64,000 bases of DNA, taken from NCBI GenBank assembly GCA_024704765.1, contig JAKMXF010000335.1:186001-250000 (forward strand). The letters are read 5' to 3'. Below, piece by piece: positions 31,390-44,284 of this stretch. The position numbers and the translations under genes are program-made. Below the pieces are notes generated by a model. It did no database searches. It had not been told where the DNA came from and saw nothing but the letters and a program-made list of their open reading frames with translations. Each line of letters begins with the position of its first letter. Position 1 is the first letter of the stretch. Source of the stretch: Oopsacas minuta (taxonomy: Eukaryota > Animalia > Porifera).

Positions 31390-34300
31390 ATGAGCAAGAT
31401 AATTTTGAAGGAAGGTTTTGTCAAAGTTCTAAGCGGAGAGAAAAATATATTCACCGTTGGGAGTATCAAACTCGGAAAGAAGGTAAGTATTTACAAAATT
31501 GTTAATTAACCGAATACGGCGGGGAAATGTGTGATTTTATGACGTCAAAAGGTGCTAAGTCTCGTTTTTGGTGCGGGAATTGGTTAAAACAAAGTGCTAA
31601 TTTAGTGTTCCCTTTCATTACGAACATAAAACTTCCGCAGCGATCGGTAAATTGAATTTATATTAAAATTTCTTACCTAATATCAGAAAACTTGAAATAT
31701 TTAGTTCGTCCCTTTCAAATTCATATTCTAGGCACACAAATCATTTGTATTTTCGCCTCCCAGATTCAATGTATTTTAACGATATTATTTTAAACGTAAA
31801 ATTGGCAATACCCCTGTATCTCAGATATTTAATTTGAATCTGTCTTATATAAGACGTTACGGCATTAATAGCTACATATATGGTCGTGTTATAGAATTAT
31901 CCACACGAATTGTTCATTTGAAGCAACATTATTCCTAGAAAATGAAATTCAAGGGTAGACAATTTATGAAAGTGGGAAGACTTCTGTTTCAATTAGAGCT
32001 TAGGAGTATTAAGCCCTTCAAATTGCTAAAACTGGATAGACTTAAGCCATTTGCTTTGAAAGGTCATAGCATCCCTAATCTGGGATATATAGCATCCATT
32101 TGATAACTATAAATTGCTTATAACTTAGTTACTTAAATGATAGATTGGAATGTTTATTGATTCTATGTAATAGAATAGTAAATGGAATATTAATTTGAAG
32201 ATAGCTTGTGCATAATCATAGGTTGTTAGAATTGGATAATTATATGATAAATAATGAATTAATACTCTCGGAATATTGAAAGTTCATTGAAAGAGAATAA
32301 TCCGTAATAGTTCCAATTCAAACGAAATTGTAAGTGAAAGTAACAAGAAATGAAAATGAATGTTGCAATTTCTTGTCATTAGAAAATTATTTTAGAAATA
32401 TAAAATTAGCAGAAATGATACATATTTATTACTTAAGGAAATCTACAATGCAATAATTTCTACGAATTTATATCTGTGAGTCATATGGTGCAGTGAACTA
32501 TAACGACAACACGTATGTAGCGACGATCTAAATTCTATTATTCACTATCCACTTTGGACATTCCTTTCGTTGCAATTTAGCCTTCTAGCTGTATATGTAT
32601 ATTTTAAATATGGAAGGAAAATTATAGAGTAAATTCATGAAGGCGAAAAAGCAAATTCAGCCACACTAAATTATTTCAGTGTGTCTGTAATTATAAATAT
32701 GATCTGATAATTCGTAATCATTACATATGTTAGCACATTAGCCTGATATTAGGACAAATGTATTTACAGATCAGCAACATCTCATCAAGTATAGCAAAAT
32801 ATTGGCAAAAGGACATTTTTTCATAACAAACATGCTACAAGCCTAGAATTATATCGAGCTTCACAGATATACGTTTAATGACACATTATAGTTACTACTA
32901 TCATTTTCTGTAAATGTTTGTTTTGATAGAAAATAGACAGTAAATAAGCCAGTACATCAAACCAAAAGTTGTATTTTACGCTGTGATATAAATACTTGGA
33001 AGTTCCCGAATTCGAGTACAGTGGGTCCTCTCTTATTGTCCGCTTCGAACTTCATTGACCCACGGTATTTGCATACTTGCCAACCCCCTAGGATCTTTGG
33101 TTTATCCCGGGATTCTGCAAGAAATCCAGTGAGGAATTTGAGAATCCATGTCCAATAGAACATAAGTTCGTCAAATATATTCATAGAATAGATCGATTAA
33201 ACTCAAAATACGAATAAATAACTTGTAAATACCAGTACGGAGAGTATCGGGCATTGTTCAACCACATGTTAGCTAATCGTTACCAAAATACATGAATAAT
33301 TATGATACCATTATATAGAGAGTGCTGAGTTGTACCCACAGTGAGAGAATATATTAGTTATATCTAACTGCTGATGTAAATATTGCAGGCTGTATGATGT
33401 AATGTACAAATTACATATGGCCAGAGCCATAATTATATTGTTAATGAGGTTTATTTCATTTGCTCTAATTTGGAGTGAATACCAATACTTCATTATTCAT
33501 TCACTATTCACCATGTAATGACATGCAAATACAAATGAGTATAATTATTAACGAAGGTGTTAGGCTATAAGGAATGCTAGTTATTCGGATGGAGAATATA
33601 TGTCAAAATAACCCTAGACTCAAACGTGACCGTACTAGCTCTGCCGGTTTGAAATAATAACATATTTAAATGTAAATATTTGTTTTGCTATAGACAAAAT
33701 GGAATAAACAGTACTTAAAGCTAGCTCAAGATGAAAAAGACAAGAGATTACAAATATGGATATTCGACACACCGAACGGTGAATATAAAGACATTCCCAA
33801 ATCCATTTTCAGCTTAGATTCTAATACACAAGCCACACAGATGGCTGTAACATATAACGAGCAATTTTGTTGCATTATTTCAAGCTCTAAAGAAACGCTA
33901 ACAATTTCCTGTGATTATTATGGTGAACTGCTAGACTGGATCTCATATATTAAAAGGAATGTAAGCGCATTCAGTCGAGGGAGATTGCCAGCGATACCGA
34001 AAGACGAAGATATTAGGAAGGAGTGGACGAGAGGTGTGTCAGACCCAGGAGTAAATAGGGGAATGAAGGAGAATAAGACGGATAGTGTGACTAATTTGAG
34101 GAAGCAGAATTATGAGTGTCCAGTGAGAGTAACATCCACATTTGAGATTGAAAATAATCATATTTATGGAGGTGAGTTGAGCTCAAAAATACACATAATT
34201 ATAGAAAAATATATAGAGTTAACTCTGATAGGAAATTGTTTGTATGGTTCTGCTTCTTGCCAAGTGCATATGCATACTTGCCAACCCCTTATACATTTCT

Positions 34301-36151
34301 CTACATTTCCAAGTTCAACAACCATAAATTGCAATTCCAGGCTATTAATTTGGCCTTTCAAAGTTCAAACGTTACGTAACGCAAATTCCCTAAATTAGTC
34401 ACGCTTTTTGCCCGTTTTCTAATACCAAAAGAATGCGGCTGTCACACTTCGGAAAAGACAATAAATTTGCAAATATAAGCGAGAATCAGAAATAAAATGT
34501 ACTGAAATACACGATACACTTGCAAATATTGAGATATTTATTTATCAAATATATTCTTATAGACAGCAACATATTTTCGGTGGAAATAGAACAAAATGAG
34601 ACTTCAGAAAGACTGAAGCTATCAGGGGGCTATAACTTAATCCTACTAAATGATGGAATACAGCTTACGACACAGGACAGTAAAAGAGTCATATACTTCT
34701 GGCATGTTAAAGTGCTTAGAAGATTTGGATCATCAAATAGCCGATTTTCAATTGAATCTGGAAGGAGTAGTCAAAGTGGCGTCGGTAATTTTGTTTTTTT
34801 CACTCCAAGTTGTAAACTAATCAATGAAAAGGTCACCGATATGACTGAGCGTATAAAACATAATAAGAGTTCAGGTGACGTAGTTAGGATTGAGTCAAGG
34901 ACAACTCCCACAGACATATCTCCACTTACTCAAACACATAGTGCAACTAGGGTTCAGACATCAATTGCAAGCGAAAAATTCGCCCAAAAAGAACGCGAGT
35001 ATCCCAAAGAAAGTATTCGGCCAAATCCAATTTCAAGTGTAGATTCTTTGAACGAGAATGCATTCTATCCAATTAGAGTTAACAATGAAAGAGAAAAGAA
35101 TCTTATAACAACGAAAAAAAGTTTACCTCCGGAATCTGGGAATATCAGCGATTATAGTTTGAATGAAATACAGAAAAAACCGCTTATAAAGATTCGTTCA
35201 TCACAAACAAGTGATGCAGATTCAAACACTATTGAATTGAATACAAAACCAACTACAGTACATATAGACAGGCCAGATTATGTGAATTTTGAATCCTACT
35301 TAAGAGCAACTGCAGATGTTCAAGACCCTTCAATAAGTGATGCCCAAACTCCAATGAACGCCGAAGATTATCGTAAAATGTTGCCAATTGCATTCGAAAG
35401 GATGCGAAGCGAATCTGAACCAACTCCACCCAAAATTTGTCTACCAAGGGAAGATTCCAATAGCATGTATGTAAATTTGCAAAATATCCTACCAGCAAAT
35501 CCTGATGATAAAATACCTATGGCCAGGGAATACCAATCAAATTCTGTTGAGAACTTAAGAATGTCACCAGAAAGGCCTTCTCATATGCAAAAATCCGTTC
35601 ACTCTCTTAGCACACAAAATCTAGCAGGCTTAAGTGGAAATCAGGACTTTGAAATACCGAGTGATACAAATTTACAACCAACAGCCCTGCCAAAGTCGTT
35701 AAGCTTAATGCAAATAACTCACAGACAAGGACAGCCCCAACAACAACAACAATATTATCCGCCACAGCAGCAACAATTCTATCCACAACATCCATGTCTT
35801 CATCCTCCTACTTTTATTCCACAACAATTCCATACCGAACCAAACCAGCAGCAATATCCAAGGGGTGTTGATAGATTTTATCAACAGCCACCACAACAGC
35901 AAATTGATACACACAGACAAGTTATGTATCAGACAAACACAGAATTCCCCTATTTACAACAACTAAGACTACCGTATGCCCCTTCTGTCTGCCCTCCAGA
36001 TTCATTTCAACCTACACGCCAATATCCCAGATCTGCTCCCTCATCAGGAATGATAGATGCAGTACAAAGACCGGCAATACGAGATGTATATCCCTGTAGC
36101 GCTCCAAACACCGGGAGTCATTCTATGCAAAGAGATATCTACAAGCCCTAA
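31390..36151 (+). CDS. DOK: DOK/IRS-family adaptor (PH + IRS-type PTB + long Tyr/Pro/Gln-rich tail); exons 31390-31482, 33694-34171, 34563-36151
   Basis: PH start MSKIILKEGFVKV, TKWNKQYLKL and C-terminal helix GELLDWISYIK. PTB: FSVEIEQNETSERLKLSGGYNLIL...WHVKVLRRFGSSNSRFSIESGRSSQSGVGNFVFFT (cf. DOK WPYTLLRRYG..FSFEAGRRC.SGPG.FTF.T). Splice phases consistent. Confidence 0.85.
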
Positions 36152-37481
36152 TAGATCTGAAATAGAAAAGCCAACTATATTAATAAGCTTATTTAATTAG
36201 GAATTAGTATTGTCTGTAGGTTAAATAATTGGCTATATTCTGCATGCTATGCAAACTGCTTTTTGTTTTGATATTTGGCTCTTATGTTCATTAATAATTA
36301 TATTTGCTCCCAGATTATTCTTATTAATTCAGAATTCGCTTGCTAGAGCTGCGCGGCTTTCGACAGCATTAACCTCGGCACTTCGTGCCTCAAAATGAAC
36401 AAAGTATAAAATAAATGATAAAAACGTGAAAATTGGATTCAGTGATATATTTCTCAACTTTTATCGAACTATGTTTACTTTCTTGATAAACACCATAAAT
36501 GTATAGTATACGAAATTCGAGTCCAGCATTCTACTAACCTTTTCTTCACAACGGAAAAACAATCAGACAACAATTCATGATAAATATTACATATCAATAC
36601 CGTAATTTCCTGTATCGCAATTTTAAAACGAACAATCTAATCATTATCTGAACTGAAAGTTAGTGAAATTCGAAAAATACCAATCCCATTCGTTTTTAAT
36701 ATTCCTTTTCCAAAGCAATTTCTATATGATTTTTCGAAAATCACATCATTAACATATAAATTACAACCATAATATTATCTACACTGAAAGTACCGATAGA
36801 ATTATGGTAGCAATACATGTGAGACACTAAAACAATACTTAAAGATTCAGTTACAATTTTCGAAGACAATTAGTAATATTTTTGGCAAAATCAGGGAAGT
36901 GCTAGTTATTATTCATCTGCAAATTATTGAATATTGTATACGTGATTGTTGCAATAATGTATTTTTAAGAAACAATGAAATCATAAAAATGTAGACGTTT
37001 GTCCTAGCAAAGGAAGTGGAAGGTTTGCTGACAATATTTCGTCACATTTGTGAATGTAACAGTAACAGTAACAACCAAGTACAGTGTAACCTCCACAAAG
37101 GAGATGCAAGGGACGCAGAAATACTACCCCATTTCTACTAAATTCTCCATTTATGGAGGTTCAATTGTTTGGGACAAAGAATCCGCTATTTCTCATACCC
37201 GTTTCCACCTTTTGTGAGTCGGTATTATTGTATAGCTTCACTTTTCGGTCCCGTTGCGAACGTGTTAACCTTCCTAAACTAACCAATTTGATAAGCAAAT
37301 AGAAATATCACATAAATATTATATAATTAGCATTTAACTATATAAATATGACTGAATTGGAACAAAAATAGAAAAATATATATTTTGTGTATTTAGTATA
37401 GCAACTACACACTGTAGCCATTAGGAGCTCTTATAAGCTAAATAATCTGTAAAAAAGGGAAAATACAAAAATAAGTCAAAT

Positions 37482-40400
37482 TTAAAAATCTCTATCCCAA
37501 CCAGAGAGGTCTTCTGGTATTTCATCGCGGTCGATTGGGGCTGGAGCGGGATCGAAATTCGCAGTGTCTGAATCAGATTTAATTATAGGAACATACGGGG
37601 GTTTTACTTTATGCTTTACTAAGCCATCCCAGTCAAATCCCTGAAACCAACGATGCACGCGAATATCTTTCAAACCATGACGTTGATAGCCAAGTCTCTC
37701 AGCTGGATTATCCCTACATAACTTGTGCACTAAATGGTTAGCAGTTCGGGGAACCCTGCGAGGGAACTCAATGCTCTCTATTCCTCTCAAAATCATGTTG
37801 TATGTCTTCATCGCATCATGAGCTATAATAAGATATAAATGGTGATAATGACAGTAATTATAGCTGATGAGCTTTGTAATAAAAATTCTAGCCAAAGTTT
37901 AATTGTTAAACACAAGGTATATTCAGATGTTAGCGGCCTAATGGCGCCAGTTGCCGTTTAGGGTATCTGAAAAGCTGAATGATATCCTGCATTTAAGAAT
38001 ATCTCCTCTAATTTACTTAAAATATACAAGATGCTAAAAACCAAATTTTACACGTTTTCTTATAGTAAAAGCTCTGAATGATATAGTGTAACCTCCACAT
38101 ACGGGTGTTAGAGACGCCAAAAATGCTACCTTATTTCCCCGGTTGTAAAGGTTCATCTATATGTGACTAGGAATTCTATCTATTTATTTTTCACTCCGTT
38201 TCTAGAAGTTCCCGGTTTACACAGGTTTGTGGAGGTTACACTGCAATCTGAATAATACGTGGCATTAAGTACTAACCTTGGAAAGGAGGAGTCCCTGTCA
38301 ACAACTCAAATATTAGAATGCCAAGTGAATAATAATCTGCTGCATAATCATGTCCCCTGTTCAGAATAATCTCGGGAGCGACATACTCCGGAGTACCACA
38401 GAATGTCCAAGTCTTGGTACCACCAAAACCTATATGTTTAGCGAAACCGAAATCTGTTAGTTTTACATACCCATCCTTATCGAATAGCAAATTTTCAGGT
38501 TTCAAGTCTCTGTATATAATTCCACGGTCATGTAAGTACTGCAGAGCTTCTACTACGCAGCCAATAATGAATTTAGTCATTTGCTCAGGGAAGTGACCTC
38601 TATCTCGTAATAAGGTCCATACTTCTCCACCGAGACATACTTCCATTAGCATATATAGGTAACGGGAATCTTTGAAAGTTTTGTAGAGTCTATAAGATAG
38701 TATTTGTTCAGAATACAGTTAGTACGAATGCCAAGTTACAGGAAACATGTTCGTGTAATCCGAAACTAATGTTAACTGGTGTTAATTGTAAAAATCCATT
38801 GAAAGGTTGTTCTTACTAACCAGAAATTATTCACAGTATTTGGCTAACGAGGTTCTACCATATATAATTCTATAGAATGATATGAAAATATTACTATAGA
38901 GAAGTTAGAGGGTATCGTTAACTTCATGCACAATATTTGTACAAATTATCTCTATACAATAAGATTGCAACTATGGAGCAAATCTACAGTGGATAACTTG
39001 AAAATCTAAATGAAGTCGCAAAAGAATACAATGGGACAGTCAAAATATGTAAATTAGCACTATGTAGGCGAAGTTATTCCAGTTGGTGCCGAAAATAGTA
39101 TTTTCCCCCATCAGATTCAACTATAACTTACTGGCATATAAACGGGCTAGAAGATTGCAACATAATAGACTTCTCATTGAAGATATGCTCTTGCTGTCTA
39201 GTCTCTACTATCTGTACTTTACTTAAACATTTCAATGCATAAGTTTTCTTATTTCCTTTGAATTCTACCAACTCTACTCGCCCAAATCCTCCCATTCCCA
39301 GTGTCTGTATAAATACTAGATCAGATAGAGATACACTACGTAGTGGTTCTGGGATATCCTGATCTTGTGATTGAGCACGAGGAGGATAGGTCTTCTCTTT
39401 TATCTCAGAGATATCTCCGATTAGAGTTAAGAAATAGTCTCTGGAGAAATATGGATATAAAGTACATTCAACAGCTAATAATTAATTTAAACTCGAAAAA
39501 TGTAAAATCAGCTGTTCCCAACCTTTTTCACCAGTGGACCCCTCCCATACAAATTTTTGAATCCTGTGGACCTCTTCCTATCGTCCGTGGACCACCAAGG
39601 ACCACCAATTTCCAAGCTTGTCAACTCTATCAAATACACTTATAATGAAAATACCTTTCTAACGTGAGACAGGATACATTAGCTAGAGCTTTCACATTAG
39701 CTGTCCTGACTCTCTCATGAGGTGTTTTACCCATCAGAGCTATCTCACCAAAGAATTCTCCACTGCATAGTGTTCTTATCTCATTACCTTCTTGATCTAC
39801 TACTACTCTACCCTCACTGATTATGAAGAACGTCTCACCTAGAAGTTTAACAATAATTATAATTCGTTTTGTAGAAATTGTTACCTTTTGGAAAACTATG
39901 GATAAATGTACAAATGACAAGGTTAGAGTGTGTGTATTTACCCACGAATGTAGACCCCCTATGCCAATTTTCACATATCCTGTGGACCCATGAAACCCAG
40001 TTTGTGAACCACTGTACTCGAATATCCCACAATCACAAATAATATACACATACCTAATGTCCCTTCTCGTATAATGAATTCTCCTTCCTGATATATTTCA
40101 TCCTCCAATGCATCAGCCAACTTCATAAGATTATTATCATCTACTCCTTTCAGGAAATGAACTGTCTTCAAAAAGCCTAGCTTTGCGTTATGCTTAACCA
40201 TGGATGTTTGCATCATTATTTGTTGGAAAGCTTTTCTCTCTAGGGCCCAAACAGTACACGCGGTTTGTGCAGTGATAGTAGCAGTACGTGGGCATTTGTA
40301 TAGGATAGCCAGCTCACCAAATACCTTTCCTACACCCATGTTACCACGTGACACACCATTTTTCGTCACCTCAACTTCTCCACCGGATATGACATATAAA

Positions 40401-41384
40401 TGTGTGCCGACAGCTCCTTCTTTACATATTATATCGCCATTCTTGAATGTACGTGACGTCATGCATTCTACAATTTGTTCTATTTGTTCCTGAAAGAGAA
40501 AGATTTATTAAATAGTATAAGTTCTAAGATCTAAGCGCTATCTCCACTAATCTCTGAGAAATAGGTGATGAAATGTTCTACTCCATGATAATACATTGGA
40601 AATTGGAATAGTACTAACTTTATGTAGATGTTGTAGGAAATCATTGTTCTTAATAGCCCCTGTTATAAGTTTCTTATTATTGAAGTCTTTATGCTCTGTT
40701 TTGAGTTTAGTAGGAGATGCTATAGTAGTAGGTTCTGCTGATACTCCTTCTCTCTTGATTCTCTTATCATCTGGCTAATAAGTGAAGGAAATATTTAAAG
40801 AAATTCGTGTTCGGACCAAGAGCTGGCATAAAATCGACAAAGTCAGGATAGAAAGGATCATGTCTTAAGAACTGCACTTTCCTTTATGTTCGACCAACTG
40901 CAGTTTGCCGGATCAAGAACAAGTCTATATACTTTTGACTTTGGGCATGAACATGAATATGGCATAGACTTTTAGTTTAGGCATGAAGATGGTATCAACT
41001 TTGCTTTGGGCACATAATATGGCAACACCGAGTCCAACTGTCTTTCTCTCAGAGCGTGAAAATTTGGGTTTTTTATAGCTGTCGAATAATAAAATAAAAT
41101 AGCCTGCAAAACAAACTCACAATAAGATGACTAATTTCAATTGGCAACATTGTAATATTGGAATCTGGGGGAAATTTTAATTTCCCTTCGTTTGCTTTGA
41201 GAATGGTCGAAAGGACATCTCTATACTTATCAAGATCTGCATTCAACTTAGAAATACGTTCATCTTTCTTGACTAATTGGTTCGTTTTTGAAGCTAGTTC
41301 ATCCTTCAAGTTGTTCACTTCTTTCTTCAACTCTTGTAACTGTTCAGCTTTTAGGATCAATTGTCCTCTAAGATCAACTTCCAT
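37482..41384 (-). CDS. PRKG: cGMP-dependent protein kinase (leucine zipper, two cNMP-binding domains, AGC kinase), about 7 exons
   Basis: N-terminal coiled coil; autoinhibitory KREGVSAEP; [18 protein letters not shown]; [21 protein letters not shown]; [13 protein letters not shown]; [11 protein letters not shown]; [22 protein letters not shown]; ends DLSGWDRDF*. Confidence 0.96.
38084..38243 (+). mobile_element. MITE family E (cagtgtaacctcc ... ggaggttacactg), PRKG intron
   Basis: Clear TIRs and shared aaatgctacc core. Related copies at about 6604-6688, 27525-27605, 37082-37167, 45268-45320, 53480-53593. Confidence 0.78.
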
Positions 41385-41434
41385 CTAATTATTCTAAATT
41401 TCTGCTGTAAAAAATTTTTAAATTTTAATGTGTA

Positions 41435-41570
41435 CAGTGGTTTTCGTAACTAAATAGTAATAAGCAAGTTTTTTCAGGGACTTAAGGGTCCTTTTCGTAA
41501 TGGAAATAATTCCTCTAATAGCAAGGGAGATTCGTGCAAATTACTACTTGTTAATTGATGAACTCCACTG
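41435..41570 (+). mobile_element. MITE family C (TA|cagtgg ... aactccactg|TA; ctaatagcaagttcgcgtattag core), about 50 bp upstream of the PRKG start codon
   Basis: TA on both sides. Related copies at about 16797-16933(+), 28628-28706(+), 42579-42655(-), 57877-58004(+), 60640-60937(-). Confidence 0.78.
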
Positions 41571-41881
41571 TATATAATTTCGAAAGTAGTTTGGATTGTT
41601 TATTAGCAATCGTGAATGCTGTCTACGTCCAAATGGGCAAAAATCAACACAATAATTGAGAGTTGAATGACGAAAGTATGACTAACCTCTGCATAAATCA
41701 TGAACTAGAATGTTTATATAACGTTTCCATAGAAACACTGTCACGCAATTCACAATAATCAAGCCATATGATATCTACGTATATATGATTTCGTCCGGCG
41801 GGAATTCAAACTTATCATCAAGGTAGAGCAAATGCTTTTTTCGAAATAGTGATGGCTAAAATACTACATGTACTTGCAGTT

Positions 41882-42037
41882 TAGTCAACTCCGGTTATAT
41901 CGAAGCTCAAGGGACCGCGATATTTACTTCGATATGAGCGGATTTTGAATCTGTTTGATATAACTACACATATATTATTTTGACGGTTTGGGGCCGTATT
42001 GTACAATTCAGTTGTTCGATGTAACGGGAGTTGATTG
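41882..42037 (+). mobile_element. MITE family A copy between PRKG and RPL13A
   Basis: tagtcaactccggttatatcgaagctcaagggaccgcgata ... gtaacgggagttgattg. Confidence 0.88.
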
Positions 42038-42876
42038 TTTTCCCATTTATAGATTGCTTTACGGTGATTTGCTTTGTTATAGCAAACAATTGGATAGATA
42101 CGTAGCTATTGGTTATTGGTGTGGTGGAATATTCAATGAGACAATTGCGAGGGTCATTTTATGCTATAATTTCGAAATCGAAAAGGCTTATTTATAATTA
42201 ATATTTTCAGAAAATTGCTTATTTATGTAATTAATTAGATTTATAATCCTGACATAGAATCAGGTGTGTTCCGTAAGATATTTTGTAATTTTTGAAGTAG
42301 ATAATTTTTGTCGAAAGTAATCTAATTTCAATAAGAATGATTACAAAATTAGTGTGAATTATGCAATTAGGGATACTGGATATATTCAGGCGTTGGTACC
42401 TCCCAAAATGGGAGTGTCAAGATTACTTTTATTTCTGATAACAATAATATTTTTGGAGTCAACATGCTGCTAGATACTTTTCTAATTTTATCATACTTCT
42501 CAACTCTATTGGCATTCCTGGATTTCCCCGGGGTCGTGCACTACCCCAATTGAATTACTTACCCATTTTCAATACCTATAGTGGAGTTCGCCTATTAGCG
42601 GATAATATTTTGCGTGAATCTTCCTTGCAAATACGCGAATTTGCTACTATTTACAAAAATACAATCTATGTCCATGAGAACAGTATATTATAGGCAGAAT
42701 ATAGGAATATTTTTATGTGCAAGTTACAACCCGAGATTTTAGACGTCTTTCGTGAGACTCATCCTGAAATTGAATGGTCTGTCTCTGGATTCAAAACATT
42801 ATATCCAAGGAAATATGTTTATATTTGTGAAATTCATAAATATAATTTCTGATTCCTACGTTTTAGCTAACAAAAG

Positions 42877-44104
42877 ATGAGTTTTGAGAAACAAGTATTG
42901 ATAGATGCTAAGGGCCATCTATTGGGTAGATTAGCATCTGTCATAGCTAAGTCAATACTATCTGGACAGAGGATCGTAGTAGTAAGGTGAGGAGTAGGTT
43001 TATGTGTATAGTATACATCGGAAAGGGATGAACTGGGTCGGAGGCATGGGCATAGTCCCGGGGGGCGGTAAAACTCCAATAGGCTTTCTTCCAATTTATT
43101 TGACTATTGTATATTCCTCTAGATGTGAGGACATCAATCAATCGGGTTCATTCTACCGCAACAAACTGAAGTATCTGTCTTATCTTCGTAAGAGAATGAA
43201 TACTAATCCGTCACGAGGTCCTTACCACTTCAGAGCTCCTTCTCGTATCCTTTATAAGACTGTTAGAGGGATGGTACCACATAAGACTAAGCGAGGTATG
43301 ATAGCTCTCAATAGACTGAGAGTATTTGAAGGTGTTCCTCCTCCGTATGATAAACAGAAGAAGATGGTAGTACCTAGTGCTCTCAGGATAACAAGACTCA
43401 AACCTTTTAGGTTTCAATAAATTTTGATAAGACTCTAGTATCGCTTAGTTTTGGTAGGAAGGATTGTACGAGGATACAATTTTTCATGAAAATAGCACTC
43501 TGACCTACGATTTTGAGCATATAGTATAGACTTTTAGTTTTCGAGATATCGCAATGCAAAGTGGTTTATCCACAAGCATTTGGACATAATTTCAAAATAT
43601 CTTTTACTATTTTCTCCATGCTCACTTTGAAATTGGTACTGTTGAAACCAAACCAACCGTTCTCATCTCATACAGCCATGGTATGAATTCCCAAGAATTA
43701 TGTTAAAATTCACGGTTTCGACTATTCCTAGTTATATATTCTGTCTACCCTTCAAGGCTGTTAAAATTAGCTAATATTCGAGGTAATACTGTATACAGTG
43801 GAACCTCGTTAATACGAATTCCGGATAAGATAAGATAAACATATTTTAAAGTTCGTTGGTGTTCGTATTAACGAGTTTACACTGTATATCTAGGAAATAC
43901 GCTGTACTAGGAAGGCTCTCTCATGAAGTAGGATGGAGATACAAAGATGTAGTTAGCAAACTAGAAGAGAAGAGAATCAGTAAAGGTAAGAAGTTCCACA
44001 ACAGAAAACTCAAAGAGAAGAGAATAATAAGAAAGGCAGAAGAGAAGGCTAAGGATCAGCTGACTGAAATAAACCAGGGGCTTAGTAAGCTGGGTTATGC
44101 CTAG
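42877..44104 (+). CDS. RPL13A: 60S ribosomal protein uL13 (L13a), 3 exons (42877-~42986, ~43123-~43410, ~43893-44104)
   Basis: [80 protein letters not shown]. Confidence 0.98.
43796..43884. mobile_element. MITE family F in RPL13A intron 2
   Basis: TA|cagtggaacctcgttaatacgaa ... ttcgtattaacgagtttacactg|TA. Related copy at 46107-46246 (cagtagaaccgcgtagtacgaa ... taacgaggttctagtg|TA). Confidence 0.8.
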
Positions 44105-44284
44105 TTACCATTAAGGGTATAAGGAATGTTAGTTTATTTGCTAGTAGGTATATTGTAGAATTATTAGTGTCAATTGTTAATTATATAATAGATGGCCAAA
44201 TTAATAATTTCATTAATTGGGAAGTTGCTTATTTCCTGAAAATAGGACCACTGTATGACAAACTTGTATGATATAATATTAGCA

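Noticed and set aside
31507-31589. Possible piggyBac-type MITE (ttaacc ... ggttaa) in DOK intron 1
   Set aside because: Inverted ends match only loosely beyond 6 bp and no second copy was seen.
39343-39645. 100-aa plus-strand ORF
   Set aside because: Antisense to a PRKG exon plus a family B MITE.
42987-43892. Intronic snoRNAs in RPL13A, as hosted by the vertebrate gene
   Set aside because: I could not find a convincing C box (RTGATGA) / D box (CTGA) pair with a terminal stem in either intron; a covariance-model search would be needed.
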